A DNA stretch of 64,000 nt from Vicinamibacteria bacterium (lineage in GTDB: Bacteria > Acidobacteriota > Vicinamibacteria > Marinacidobacterales > Marinacidobacteraceae): positions 480,001 through 544,000 of the forward strand of contig OY821641.1 of the NCBI GenBank assembly GCA_963555995.3, in the 5' to 3' direction. The notes beneath the pieces are model-generated. The model had not been told where the DNA came from. It searched no databases and saw only the letters and a program-made list of their open reading frames with translations. Shown one piece after another: positions 51,360 through 60,730 of the stretch (position 1 is the first letter of the stretch; every line of letters starts with the position of its first letter). Both the position numbers and the translations under genes were made by a program.

Positions 51360-52608
51360 GGTCGCCGGTGACGTTCGTCGCCGTGCGGATCATGTCCAGG
51401 AGCCGGTCCACTCCGAGGATCAGGGCCACGCCCTCGGCGGGCACCCCGATCGCCTGCAGGATGATGACGAGCATGATGATCCCGGCGCCGGGGACGGCGG
51501 CGGTCCCGATGGAGACGAGCACGGCCGTCAGCACGATGGCGAGCTGTCCCTCGAGTCCGATGGACATGCCGAGCGACTGGGCGATGAAGAGCGCCGCGAC
51601 CGCCTGGTAGAGCGCCGTCCCGTCCATGTTGATCGTCGCGCCGAGCGGCAGCACGAACGAGGAGACCTCCTCGGAGACCCCGAGGTCGCGCTGGGCGCGG
51701 TCCATGGTCACCGGCAGGGTGGCGCCGCTGGAGCTGGTGGAGAAGGCCACGAGCTGCACCTGGGCGGCGGCGGGGAAGAAGCGCCGCCAGCGGATGGGCG
51801 TCAGGAGCTTGAGGACCAGCGGATAGACCACCAGCATCTGGGTGGCGAGACCCGCGATCACGACCACGCAGTAGAAGCCGAGCGCTCCGAGGAGCTGGGT
51901 CACCTGTTGCGGGTCGTCCCCGGCCATTCCCGTGATCGCGCGGGCGATCAGCGCGAACACGCCGAGCGGCGCCATCTTCATCACGATCCCGACGAACTCG
52001 ACGACGACTGCTTCGAGCCCCTGGAAGAAGGCGAGCAGCGGCGCGCTCTTCTCCTTCGGGATCCGGAGCAGCGCGATCCCGAAGATGAGCGCCAGGAAGA
52101 CCACCTGGAGCATGTTGCGGTTGCTCGACGTCGAGGAGACGACGTTGTCCGGCACGATGTCCTGGAGGATGCTGAGCGGCCCCCGCTCCTCCATCATCGC
52201 CTCCGCCGCGCCCTGGCGGCTGGCGGCGGCCTCCTCGTACTGGTCCGCCAACTCCCGTTGCAGGCCCTCCGGCACGTAGTCGCCGGGCCGCACCAGGTTG
52301 GCGTAGCCGAGGCCGATGCACACGGCGAGCGCGGTCGTGGCCACGTAGATGACGATGGTCTTCCCGCCGATCCGGCTGACCTTGCGCATGTCGCTGAGCG
52401 AGGCCACGCCGATGACCAGCGAGGCGATGACCAGCGGCACCGCGATCAACTGGAGCCCGTTGAAGAACACGTCCCCGAACGGCGAGATCCAGTCGTCGGT
52501 GAACTCGCCCCAGCCGTTGGCCGCGGCCACGACCCCGTAGATGACGCCGAGGGCGAGGCCGAGGACGATCTGCACCCAGAGCTTGCGGTACCAGGGAGTG
52601 TTCTTCAT
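51322..52608 (-). CDS. Dicarboxylate/amino acid:cation symporter (DAACS, GltP/DctA family)
   Basis: AFSTSSSGATLP, LPLGATINMDGTA and DRLLDMIRTATNVTGD motifs. Confidence 0.95.
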   Translation of the reverse strand: MKNTPWYRKLWVQIVLGLALGVIYGVVAAANGWGEFTDDWISPFGDVFFNGLQLIAVPLVIASLVIGVASLSDMRKVSRIGGKTIVIYVATTALAVCIGLGYANLVRPGDYVPEGLQRELADQYEEAAASRQGAAEAMMEERGPLSILQDIVPDNVVSSTSSNRNMLQVVFLALIFGIALLRIPKEKSAPLLAFFQGLEAVVVEFVGIVMKMAPLGVFALIARAITGMAGDDPQQVTQLLGALGFYCVVVIAGLATQMLVVYPLVLKLLTPIRWRRFFPAAAQVQLVAFSTSSSGATLPVTMDRAQRDLGVSEEVSSFVLPLGATINMDGTALYQAVAALFIAQSLGMSIGLEGQLAIVLTAVLVSIGTAAVPGAGIIMLVIILQAIGVPAEGVALILGVDRLLDMIRTATNVTGDLTVASAVASRFR

Positions 52609-52611
52609 GTG

Positions 52612-52798
52612 TTAGCAGCCTGTGGATAAAGTGACGTGAGTACCGAGGCCGGTGAGGCGCCCGGCTGACAAGGCGCGCGAGGGAGGAATACCGAGTGTAT
52701 TTCGACCGAAGCGCAACGATGAGCGACGCGGAGCGGCGCGGTTCAGCCGGGATGGATCGCCGGCCGAATACCGCGTGACTTTGTTCACAGGCTGCTGA
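52612..52798 (+). repeat. 187-bp structured dispersed element, copy 5 (most divergent)
   Basis: ttagcagcctgtggataaagtgacg...cgtgactttgttcacaggctgctga; same length, with many compensatory changes. Confidence 0.88.
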
Positions 52799-52838
52799 CG
52801 TCCTTTCGTGGCGCGGGAGACTCTACCCGGACGATCGG

Positions 52839-54332
52839 TCAGCCCTTCGAGTCGCGGAGGACGAACCGTCCCAGCCGGCCGAGGCGCGCGAGCCGGATGG
52901 GTGGCTGGCCGCCGCTCGCCTGCCCGCTCGCCCCGACCTGGATCACCGCCTCACCCGAGAGGATGAGCAGCAGGTCCTCGCCCAGGATGCGCCGGCGATA
53001 CCCCTGGAGGGGCCGGGCGCCTTCCGCTTCCCGCGGGTAGGCGGCGACGATGGCGCGCAGTTCCTCCTGGGTGGCCAGCAGTTCGGGCGCCACTCCGTGC
53101 TCGCTGGCGCGGAGCTTGAGCCAGGTCTCCAGCAGCAGCGCCAGGGATTCGGGCGCCGGCCGCCGTTCCCTCTTTCCCTTGCCGGTGAAGGGAATCGGCT
53201 TCCGGGCGCCGGCGACGAGCAGCCGGAGGATCGCGTCCGGGTTCTTCAGCAGCACCGCGCGGGTCGCCTGGATGGTCTTCGGGTCCCCCTTCGGGGGGCG
53301 GCCGGCGACCGATTCGTAGGGGGCGAGCAACTGTTCCCGGTTCCGGGGTTGGCGCCGCGCGAGGTCGCGCACCGCGCCGTCCTTCAGGATCCAGCCGCGG
53401 GGACGGTTCGAGGCCCGGGCCCGCCGCTCTCTCCAGGCGGCCAGCTCCCGGAGCGACCCGCGCTGCGACGGCGTGAGGCCCGGGCTGTCGAGGCCGCGAT
53501 AGCACTCCTCGGCGGGAGGCAGGCGGTAGGAGCCCTCCTCGGTCAGCGGAACCATCTCCTCGCGGAGCCACTCCAGCCGCCCGAGCGCCTTCGCGCGCTC
53601 GGTCAGCTTGTTCCGCAGCGGGAGCAGATAGCGGACGTCCGCGATCGCGTACTCCACCTGGCGGGGGGTGAGCGGCCGCCGCAGCCAGTTGGACATCTGC
53701 TCCTGCTTGGACAGTTCGCGCCCCACGAAGCCCGCGACCAGGGTGCGGAGGGCGATCTGGACCTTCTTCCCGTGGCCGATGACGGCGGCGGCGATCTGGG
53801 TGTCGAAGACGTTCTGCGGCACCACCGAGGCGAGCCCGTAGAAGATGTCGAAGTCGTGCTTGCCGGAGTGGACGACCTTGAGGACGGCGGGATCGGAGAT
53901 GAGCGCGAAGAGCGGATCGAGCTGCTTCACCTCGAGCGGGTCCACCACCGCTTCCACCCCCGGAGCGGCCACCTGGATCAGTCCGAGTTCGGGGAACAGC
54001 CGGTTCTCCGGGATGAACTCGGTGTCGAGGGCGAACTCCCCGGCGGTGCGCAGGTCCGCGACCAGCCCGTCGAGCCCCGGTTGGTCCCGGACGATCCGGA
54101 CCCCGCCGATCTGGTCGGGCGAGGCGGCTCTCGCTCCGGAGGTCCCGCGGGAGTCCCGGCGCGAAGGCGGCCTGGCGCCGTCCCCCGCCGGTCGCTCGCG
54201 GACGGCCACCGCCGCCGAGCCCCGGGCGCCGGACCCGTCGTGCCCGGTTCGCTTCCGGGACTTGCTGTGTTCTTCCAAGGCTCTCCGCAGATTGTCCTTC
54301 CCCACGGGCGCCGGGCGGGCGCCCGGGATCAC
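52839..54332 (-). CDS. rnd: Ribonuclease D (DEDDy exonuclease + HRDC)
   Basis: LDTEF, HSGKHD, FDTQIAA, WLRRPL..QVEYAIADV and LAAWRERRARASNRPRGWIL motifs; start uncertain (low-complexity N-terminus). Confidence 0.9.
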   Translation of the reverse strand: MIPGARPAPVGKDNLRRALEEHSKSRKRTGHDGSGARGSAAVAVRERPAGDGARPPSRRDSRGTSGARAASPDQIGGVRIVRDQPGLDGLVADLRTAGEFALDTEFIPENRLFPELGLIQVAAPGVEAVVDPLEVKQLDPLFALISDPAVLKVVHSGKHDFDIFYGLASVVPQNVFDTQIAAAVIGHGKKVQIALRTLVAGFVGRELSKQEQMSNWLRRPLTPRQVEYAIADVRYLLPLRNKLTERAKALGRLEWLREEMVPLTEEGSYRLPPAEECYRGLDSPGLTPSQRGSLRELAAWRERRARASNRPRGWILKDGAVRDLARRQPRNREQLLAPYESVAGRPPKGDPKTIQATRAVLLKNPDAILRLLVAGARKPIPFTGKGKRERRPAPESLALLLETWLKLRASEHGVAPELLATQEELRAIVAAYPREAEGARPLQGYRRRILGEDLLLILSGEAVIQVGASGQASGGQPPIRLARLGRLGRFVLRDSKG

Positions 54333-54363
54333 CCGGCCGGAAGTCTACCGCCCGCATGAGAAC

Positions 54364-54546
54364 GGCTGGGAGCGCCGGTCTTCAGACCGGCATCGCCCGT
54401 CCGGGGGACGGGCGAAACTCCCCTGATCACGCTGCCGCATGGCGTAACGCCATCTCGTGTGACGCTCTGCCATACGGCAAACGGAGTATGGGAGTTTCGT
54501 CCCCCTGCGGGGGACGATGCCGGTCTGAAGACCGGCGCTCCCAGCC
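54364..54546. repeat. REPIN-like element (variant B), 32-bp perfect terminal inverted repeats
   Basis: ggctgggagcgccggtcttcagaccggcatcg...cgatgccggtctgaagaccggcgctcccagcc, with internal hairpins. Confidence 0.9.
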
Positions 54547-54598
54547 AGCGAAGCCCCCGGATGTGCAACGATAGGGGCCGCCCGCACGGTCCACGAGC

Positions 54599-56008
54599 TT
54601 GGAAGACCCCGGTTTCCTCAGCGTCCTCCCCCCGATCCTCGCGATCCTGGTCGCTCTGGCGACCCGCCAGGCGGTGCTCGCCCTGCTCGCCGGGGTCCTG
54701 TTCGGCGAGCTGGTCCTCGGGGGCGGCAACGTCTTCGCCGCGCTCGCCGGCACGGTGACGCGGATCACCGACGCCTTTGCGGGCAACCCGTCCATCCTGC
54801 TGTTCAGCACCCTGGTCGGGAGCGTTCTCGCGCTGATCGGGTTCACGGGCGGGGTCACCGGCTTCGTGCGATGGGTCACGGAGCGGCGGATGGTCGCGGG
54901 TCCGCGGGGAGCGCAGGCGCTCGCCCTCCTGCTCGGGCTGGGCATCTTCGTCGAGTCGAGCATCACCTGCCTGGTGAGTGGCACCGTGGCGCGCCCGCTC
55001 TTCGACCGCTTCCGGCTCTCGCGCGAGAAGCTGGCCTACCTGACCGATTCGACCTCGGCGCCGGTCTGCATCCTGCTGCCGATGAACGGCTGGGGGGCGC
55101 TGATCATCACCATCCTGGGGACCCTCGGCATCGAGAGCGGGGTCTCGGTGCTGGTCGCGAGCATCCCCCTCAACTTCTACTCGCTGGCCGCGCTGGGCCT
55201 GGCCTTCTTCTTCGGCCTCTCGGGACGGGACTTCGGCCCCATGGCGCGCGCCGAACGGCGGGCGCGCGAGACGGGGCAGGTCATCCGGGAGGGCGCCCGC
55301 CCGCTCGTCTCCACGGAAGTCCTCGCCCTTCCTCCCGGGCCGGGAGTGCCCGACCGGGCCCGGAACATGGTCGTGCCCCTCGCCGTGCTGCTGATCATGA
55401 TCTTCGTGGGGCTCTGGATCACCGGGGAGGGGAACCTGCTGGAGGGAAGCGGCGGCACGTCCGTCCTCTGGGCGGTGCTGGCGGCGGTGGTCGCCGCGGC
55501 GCTCCTGGGGATCTTCCAGCGCGTTCTCCGGGTATCGAAAACGATGGATCTGGTGATGCAGGGCGCGGGCGGGATGGTGCCGGTGGTCACCGTTCTGCTG
55601 GTCTCTTTCGCCATTTCGGCGGTGGCGCGCGACCTGGGGACGGGGGTCTACCTGGCGGGCGTCGCCGAGGCCGCCATGCCGGCCTGGCTCGTGCCCGCGG
55701 TCCTGTTCCTCGTGACCTCGGTGGTGGCGTTCTCCACCGGGACGTCGTGGGGGACGTTCGCCATCATGCTCCCGATCGCGGTTCCGGCCGCCGCGGTCCT
55801 CGGCCTCGACCTTCCGCTGGTGGTGGGAGCGGTCCTCTCGGGCGGCATCTTCGGCGACCACTGCTCCCCGATCTCCGACACCACGATCATCGCTTCCATG
55901 GCGTCCGGTTCCGACCTCGTGGACCACGTGAACACCCAGCTTCCCTACGCGGTGCTGGGCGGGGTCGCCGCGACGGTCCTGTTCGTGGCCGCCGGCCTGG
56001 CGTCCTGA
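54599..56008 (+). CDS. Na+/H+ antiporter NhaC family protein
   Basis: SVLPPILAI, SREKLAYLTDSTSAP, FSTGTSWGTF, GDHCSPISDTT and HVNTQLPYA motifs. Confidence 0.92.
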   Translation: MEDPGFLSVLPPILAILVALATRQAVLALLAGVLFGELVLGGGNVFAALAGTVTRITDAFAGNPSILLFSTLVGSVLALIGFTGGVTGFVRWVTERRMVAGPRGAQALALLLGLGIFVESSITCLVSGTVARPLFDRFRLSREKLAYLTDSTSAPVCILLPMNGWGALIITILGTLGIESGVSVLVASIPLNFYSLAALGLAFFFGLSGRDFGPMARAERRARETGQVIREGARPLVSTEVLALPPGPGVPDRARNMVVPLAVLLIMIFVGLWITGEGNLLEGSGGTSVLWAVLAAVVAAALLGIFQRVLRVSKTMDLVMQGAGGMVPVVTVLLVSFAISAVARDLGTGVYLAGVAEAAMPAWLVPAVLFLVTSVVAFSTGTSWGTFAIMLPIAVPAAAVLGLDLPLVVGAVLSGGIFGDHCSPISDTTIIASMASGSDLVDHVNTQLPYAVLGGVAATVLFVAAGLAS

Positions 56009-56040
56009 CGGCTCGGAGAGCCTTAGAATCGCCGGCCCTC

Positions 56041-56904
56041 ATGTCCGATAGCGCCCTCCTCGACGCGCTGGCCGACGAGGCGCGGCCGGGCGCCGGCGGC
56101 AGCCCCGAACTCGTTCCGCTCGACCCCGACCATCCCGGCTTCCGGGACCCCCGGTACCGCGCCCGCCGGAACGCCATCGCCAAACTCGCCTTCGACTACG
56201 TCACGGGCGACCCGGCCCCGACCGTCACCTACACCGACGAGGAGCACGCCGTCTGGAACCACGTCCGGGACCTTCTCGACCCGCGGCACCGGGACTTCGC
56301 CTGCGCCGAGTACCTCGAGTGCGTGGATGCCGTGGCGCTCGACCGCGCCCGGATCCCCCAGCTCGAGGACGTGAACGCCCGCATCCGGCCGCTCACCGGG
56401 TTCCGCATGCTCCCGGTGGCGGGACTCGTCACCGCGCGGGCGTTCCTGTCGTTCCTCGCCGACCGCATCTTCCTCGCCACCCAGTACATCCGGCACCCGA
56501 GCCGGCCGCTCTACACCCCCGAACCGGACGTGATCCACGAACTCGTCGGCCACGCGGCCTCCTTCGCCCACCCGCTCTACTGCCGACTGAGTTCCCATTT
56601 CGGCCGCGCCGCCCGGGTGGCGAGCGACGAAGACGTCGAGCGGATCGCCCGCCTCTACTGGTTCACCCTCGAGTTCGGGGCGGCCATCGAGGACGGGATC
56701 CCGAAGGCGTACGGAGCGGGCCTCCTCTCCTCGGTCGGCGAGATGGACCGGCTCCGGGACGCCGAGCTCCGGCGGTTCGACTGCCGCACGATGGCCGACA
56801 CCCCCTACGACCCCACCGACTTCCAGCCGTACTACTTCGTCGCGCCCAGCTTCGGCGCCATGCACGAAGCGGTCACCGAGTTCCTGGGCGACTTCTCCGA
56901 CTGA
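56041..56904 (+). CDS. phhA: Phenylalanine 4-monooxygenase (biopterin-dependent aromatic amino acid hydroxylase)
   Basis: HPGFRDPRYRARR, TQYIRH, YTPEPDVIHELVGH, YWFTLEFG and YGAGLLSS motifs. Confidence 0.93.
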   Translation: MSDSALLDALADEARPGAGGSPELVPLDPDHPGFRDPRYRARRNAIAKLAFDYVTGDPAPTVTYTDEEHAVWNHVRDLLDPRHRDFACAEYLECVDAVALDRARIPQLEDVNARIRPLTGFRMLPVAGLVTARAFLSFLADRIFLATQYIRHPSRPLYTPEPDVIHELVGHAASFAHPLYCRLSSHFGRAARVASDEDVERIARLYWFTLEFGAAIEDGIPKAYGAGLLSSVGEMDRLRDAELRRFDCRTMADTPYDPTDFQPYYFVAPSFGAMHEAVTEFLGDFSD

Positions 56905-56913
56905 CGGCCGGAC

Positions 56914-58176
56914 TCAGCCGGCCTTGATGACGACCATCGTCTGGTCGTCGTCGGGGGCGCCGCCGCGGAACCGGCGCACCGCCTTCAGGACGCTGTCGCA
57001 GACCTCGGCGGCGGGGGTTCCGCGGTCCCGTTCGCGCCGGAGCACCTCGGCAAGCCGGTCGCGCCCGAAGAGGTCCCCGTCCCGGTTCGCGCTCTCGGTG
57101 ATGCCGTCGGTGTAGAAGGCGAGCAGGTCTCCGTCCCCGAGCTGGATGACCTCCTCGAAGTAGCGTGGGGCGGGGAACAGCCCCACCGGCAGCCCGCTCG
57201 CGTGGATCCATTCGATCTCGCCGCCGGCCCGCACCAGGATCGGGGGCGGATGTCCCGCGTTGATGTGGATCAGCCGGCGCAGGGGGACGTCGAGGAGTCC
57301 GAAGAAGAACGTGGCGTAGCGGGTCTCTCCGACGCTCTCGTAGAGCAACTGGTTCGTGCGGCCCACGATCATCCGCAGCGTGAGACTCGACTTGGCGAGC
57401 GAGAAGACCGAAGCGTGGAGTGCGGCCACCAGCAGCGCCGCGGGAATGCCCTTGCCCGCTACGTCGGCCATCGCGAAGCCCCAGCGATCCTCGCCGAGCG
57501 GGATCAGGTCGTAGTAGTCGCCGCCGACCTGCGAACAGGGCTCATAGACCGCCGCCACCTCCATCCCGTCGAGGACCGGACACTCGTGCGGGAGCAGGTC
57601 GTGCAGTACCCGGCCCGCGACTTCCATCTCGGAGACGAGTTGCCGCCCCTCGACCGCCTTCTCGTAGAAGAGGATGCGCTCGATGGCCGGCGCCGCCCCG
57701 CCGGCGTAGGCGCGGAGCGCGGTCTGGTCGCGCTCCGCGAACGCCCCGGGAATCGGAGACTCGGCCACCAGCGTCCCGATGCGCCGGCCGCCAGCGCCGA
57801 GGAGCGGCGCTGCAACGGCCGCGCCCGAGCCCGCGCTCAGGTCCGGGTCGGAGGCGGCGCCCTCCGGCGTGACCGCGACCAGCTCGGGCCGGCCGCTGTC
57901 GAGCACCCTGCGGGCGATCCCGCCGTCGGGAAGGGTTTCCGCGGGCGCCGGCGGCTCCGGAAGCACGCTGTCCCGGCCGCGCGCCCGCCGGCAGATCACG
58001 GTCTGCCCATCGAGCCCCACGGCGCACAGGGTGGCCCGGTCGCACGCCGGCAGCACGTGCCGGAGACCGGCGAGGACGGTGTCCGCGGTGCGTCCGATCT
58101 CGAGGCTCCGCCCGATCTCCTGGAACGCCTCGAGCAGGTGCTCGGGGCCGGTCGTGGGCGGGGCGAGGGCAGGCAT
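56914..58176 (-). CDS. GAF-domain PP2C/SpoIIE (RsbU-like) serine phosphatase
   Basis: N-terminal GAF; VGGDYYD, ADVAGKG, NAGHPPP, YTDGITE and DDQT motifs. Confidence 0.93.
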   Translation of the reverse strand: MPALAPPTTGPEHLLEAFQEIGRSLEIGRTADTVLAGLRHVLPACDRATLCAVGLDGQTVICRRARGRDSVLPEPPAPAETLPDGGIARRVLDSGRPELVAVTPEGAASDPDLSAGSGAAVAAPLLGAGGRRIGTLVAESPIPGAFAERDQTALRAYAGGAAPAIERILFYEKAVEGRQLVSEMEVAGRVLHDLLPHECPVLDGMEVAAVYEPCSQVGGDYYDLIPLGEDRWGFAMADVAGKGIPAALLVAALHASVFSLAKSSLTLRMIVGRTNQLLYESVGETRYATFFFGLLDVPLRRLIHINAGHPPPILVRAGGEIEWIHASGLPVGLFPAPRYFEEVIQLGDGDLLAFYTDGITESANRDGDLFGRDRLAEVLRRERDRGTPAAEVCDSVLKAVRRFRGGAPDDDQTMVVIKAG

Positions 58177-58222
58177 GGACGGCGGCGCGCAAGTTAGCGC
58201 GCCGCGCAGCCGGCCGCCGCGA

Positions 58223-58888
58223 CTACCGCGTCGCGAAGCAGTAGAAGAGGCCGTCCCCTCCCGTGCCCCGCAGGTCCTCCTGCCCGCAGCCCCGCGAGCC
58301 GTGGGACGCGTTCCAGGACGTGGGGTTGGCGCCGCCGCCCACCCGGTCGTGGTGGCCCACGAGAGCGCTGCCGTCCGCGGAGTTGCTCGTCCAGTTGGAG
58401 CAGGTGGTGTCGCCGTCTTCCGTGGACGCCATCCCGTCCGGGGTGGAGCCGGTGATGATGTCGTGGCGGTTCACGTCGTCGCCCCGGCCGCTGATGACCT
58501 CGCCCGTCTCGGTGATCGAGTTCTCCTTGCTCAGCATGTTGTTCTCGCTGTGCAGGTCGGCGACGTCGCTCGCCACCAGGACGCCGTTCGCGTTGTGCCA
58601 GGGTCCGGCGCCGATGCGGTCCTTCGCGTTCACCCCGCCGTCCCCGGTGGTGCTCAGGTAGGCGCGCCAGGTGAGGCCGCTCGCGGCGCCGGCCGCTTCG
58701 GCCAGCATGGCGCAGTGGGCGTCGGCGCCGTCGAGTCCGCCGAGGTTCGCGCCGTCACCCGGCCCCCGGCTGGTGAGGAAGAAGGTCATGTCCGACTGGG
58801 CGGCGGGAACTGCTGCGGGGGCGGACGAAAGGGCGACGAGCGCCGGGATCGCTGCGGCCGTCAACAGGAAGAAGCGAGCGCGTGTCAT
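58223..58888 (-). CDS. Secreted lectin-like (C-type lectin/endostatin-fold-like) protein
   Basis: Signal peptide; FFLTS..GDGANLGGLDGADAHC, WRAYLS, DRIGAGPW and GLFYCFA motifs. Confidence 0.75.
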   Translation of the reverse strand: MTRARFFLLTAAAIPALVALSSAPAAVPAAQSDMTFFLTSRGPGDGANLGGLDGADAHCAMLAEAAGAASGLTWRAYLSTTGDGGVNAKDRIGAGPWHNANGVLVASDVADLHSENNMLSKENSITETGEVISGRGDDVNRHDIITGSTPDGMASTEDGDTTCSNWTSNSADGSALVGHHDRVGGGANPTSWNASHGSRGCGQEDLRGTGGDGLFYCFATR

Positions 58889-58949
58889 GGGAACTCCTTT
58901 CCGGCCGAAGTGGCCGGACCCCTGATTGTAGGAAACGCGGCAGCCCGGC

Positions 58950-60038
58950 CTACCGGAGCCGCCGGGCGCCGTACCAAAGGAGCGGGATGATGAAGATGAC
59001 CCAGAACCCGTAGGTGAGGATCCGGTAGCCGATTCCGATCAGGTCCTCGAGTCCCGCCTGGGCCAGCACGATGGCTGCCAGCAGCACCACCGTCGAGGTC
59101 GCGGGCCGCAGCCACGACTTCAGCTCGCGGCCTCCCTCCTCCATCGCGCGCGCCGCCCGCTCGTTGACCGCGTGGATCAGGCTGGTGGCGGTTTCGATCA
59201 GGGTGCCGAACAGGACCACCTGGAAGCCGAACAGGAGGAGGGGGGAACCGATCTCCGCCAGCAGGGTGAGGGAGGGGACCGTCTCCTCGATCATCCCGGA
59301 ACCGAGCCCGGCGATCGCGATGAAGAAGAGGACGGCCGGGATGATCCCGATGGGGCCGGCGAGGACCCCGGCGACGAGCGCGTCGCGCCGGGTCCGCAGG
59401 TGGTGCGCGCAGAACAGGACCGCCGGGAGCGTGCCCACGTTGTAGGCCATGTACTCCGCGCCGCCGAGCGCCCAGTCGCGCGTCACCTCGCCCGCGCCGA
59501 GCGCGGTCCGGATCTCCGGGCCGAAGGCGCGGAAAGCGGCGATGAGCACCACCACATAGACCGCATAGAGGGCGAGCGACCAGAAGGACAGGAAGTTCTC
59601 GACCGTGCTGGTCCCCTTCAGGACGAGATAGCCCACGGCGACCATGATGGCGAGCACGCCCGCGGCGTAGGGGAGGCCGACCGAGCGCGAGACGATCTCG
59701 CCGCCGGCCGCCGCCACCACCGAAACGATGACCAGCAGGGCCGCGAGGTAGAGGACCTCGTAGAGCCAGTTCCACCGGCCCAGCAGGACGCGGGTCATGG
59801 TCCGGTAGTCGTACGACCCCGCCCGCCGGGCCACCTCGAAGGTGAGCGCGCAGACGATGGACCAGAGCGGCATCGTCACGAGCAGCATCCCCAGCAGCCC
59901 GCCGGCGACGCCCTTGGTGAGGAAGAAGTCCACCAGCTCGCGGCCGGTGCCGTAGCCGCCGGCGATGATCATGGACTGGAAGCAGAAACCGGGCAGCAGG
60001 TAGCGCCGGAACCAGTCGGAGCGGAGCGGATTCTTCAT
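58950..60038 (-). CDS. YkvI-like membrane protein (putative amino acid transporter)
   Basis: IIAGGYGTGRELVDFF motif; about 10 TM segments. Confidence 0.8.
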   Translation of the reverse strand: MKNPLRSDWFRRYLLPGFCFQSMIIAGGYGTGRELVDFFLTKGVAGGLLGMLLVTMPLWSIVCALTFEVARRAGSYDYRTMTRVLLGRWNWLYEVLYLAALLVIVSVVAAAGGEIVSRSVGLPYAAGVLAIMVAVGYLVLKGTSTVENFLSFWSLALYAVYVVVLIAAFRAFGPEIRTALGAGEVTRDWALGGAEYMAYNVGTLPAVLFCAHHLRTRRDALVAGVLAGPIGIIPAVLFFIAIAGLGSGMIEETVPSLTLLAEIGSPLLLFGFQVVLFGTLIETATSLIHAVNERAARAMEEGGRELKSWLRPATSTVVLLAAIVLAQAGLEDLIGIGYRILTYGFWVIFIIPLLWYGARRLR

Positions 60039-60084
60039 GGGGCCTTCCGGGGGTAGGGGCGGCCGAACCGGGTTCGGCAGCGGC

Positions 60085-60458
60085 GAGCTCCTGTCACTAA
60101 TGGCATCTCGCGGGGGGAGCTACCGTCACTAACGGCATCTCGCAGGGGGAGCTACCGTCACTAACGGCGTCTCACGGGGTAGAGCTACCGTCACTAACGG
60201 CATCTCGCGGGGGGAGCTACCGTCACTAACGGCATCTCGCAGGGGGAGCTACCGTCACTAACGGCATCTCGCGGGGGGAGCTATCGTCATTAGCGGCATC
60301 TCGCGGGGTGGAGCTACCGTCACTAACGGCATCTCGCAGGGGAAGCTACCGTCACTAACGGCATTTCGCAGGGGGGGAGCTACCGTCATTAGCGGCATCT
60401 CGCGGAGGGAGCTACCGTCACTAACGGCATCTGCGGGGGTGGAGCTACCGTCATTAGC
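60085..60458. repeat. Tandem array of ~32-bp units (11 full copies + 1 partial), no spacers
   Basis: Unit gagctaccgtcactaacggcatctcgc(g/a)gggg starting at 60085, 60117, 60149, 60182, 60214, 60246, 60278, 60311, 60343, 60377, 60409 and 60442 (partial). Confidence 0.95.
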
Positions 60459-60494
60459 AGCCTGTGGTGAAACCCCCGTAAGCGCCGGGAGCGG
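60454..60494 (+). repeat. Truncated 5' end of the 187-bp element (copy 6)
   Basis: ttagcagcctgtggtgaaacccccgtaagcgccgggagcgg matches the first ~40 nt of the family. Confidence 0.75.
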
Positions 60495-60551
60495 CCGGTT
60501 GCCGTGAAAATCCAGTTCCGGCGAACCGCTGTCCGTCGAGATGGCGCCGCC

Positions 60552-60720
60552 GGCTTGGAGCGCCGGCTTCAGCCGGCACCGCGAGCCGAAGGCTCGCGGA
60601 TGTCGCGCCGCGGTGCGCGGCGAAGGACAAAGAGCCGAACGCCGTCCGCTGCGCTCCGCGCAGCGGGTGCCGGCTGAACCCGGCGCTCCAAGCCATTTCC
60701 GCCATTCTCATGACCGGCGG
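60552..60720. repeat. REPIN-like element (variant A, different interior) plus flanking module
   Basis: ggcttggagcgccggcttcagccggcac...gtgccggctgaacccggcgctccaagcc followed by atttccgccattctcatgaccggcgg. Confidence 0.85.
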
Positions 60721-60730
60721 GGAGCTCCGG

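Noticed and set aside
60085-60458. CRISPR array
   Set aside because: The repeats are directly adjacent with only G-run linkers; there are no unique spacers and no cas genes in the window.
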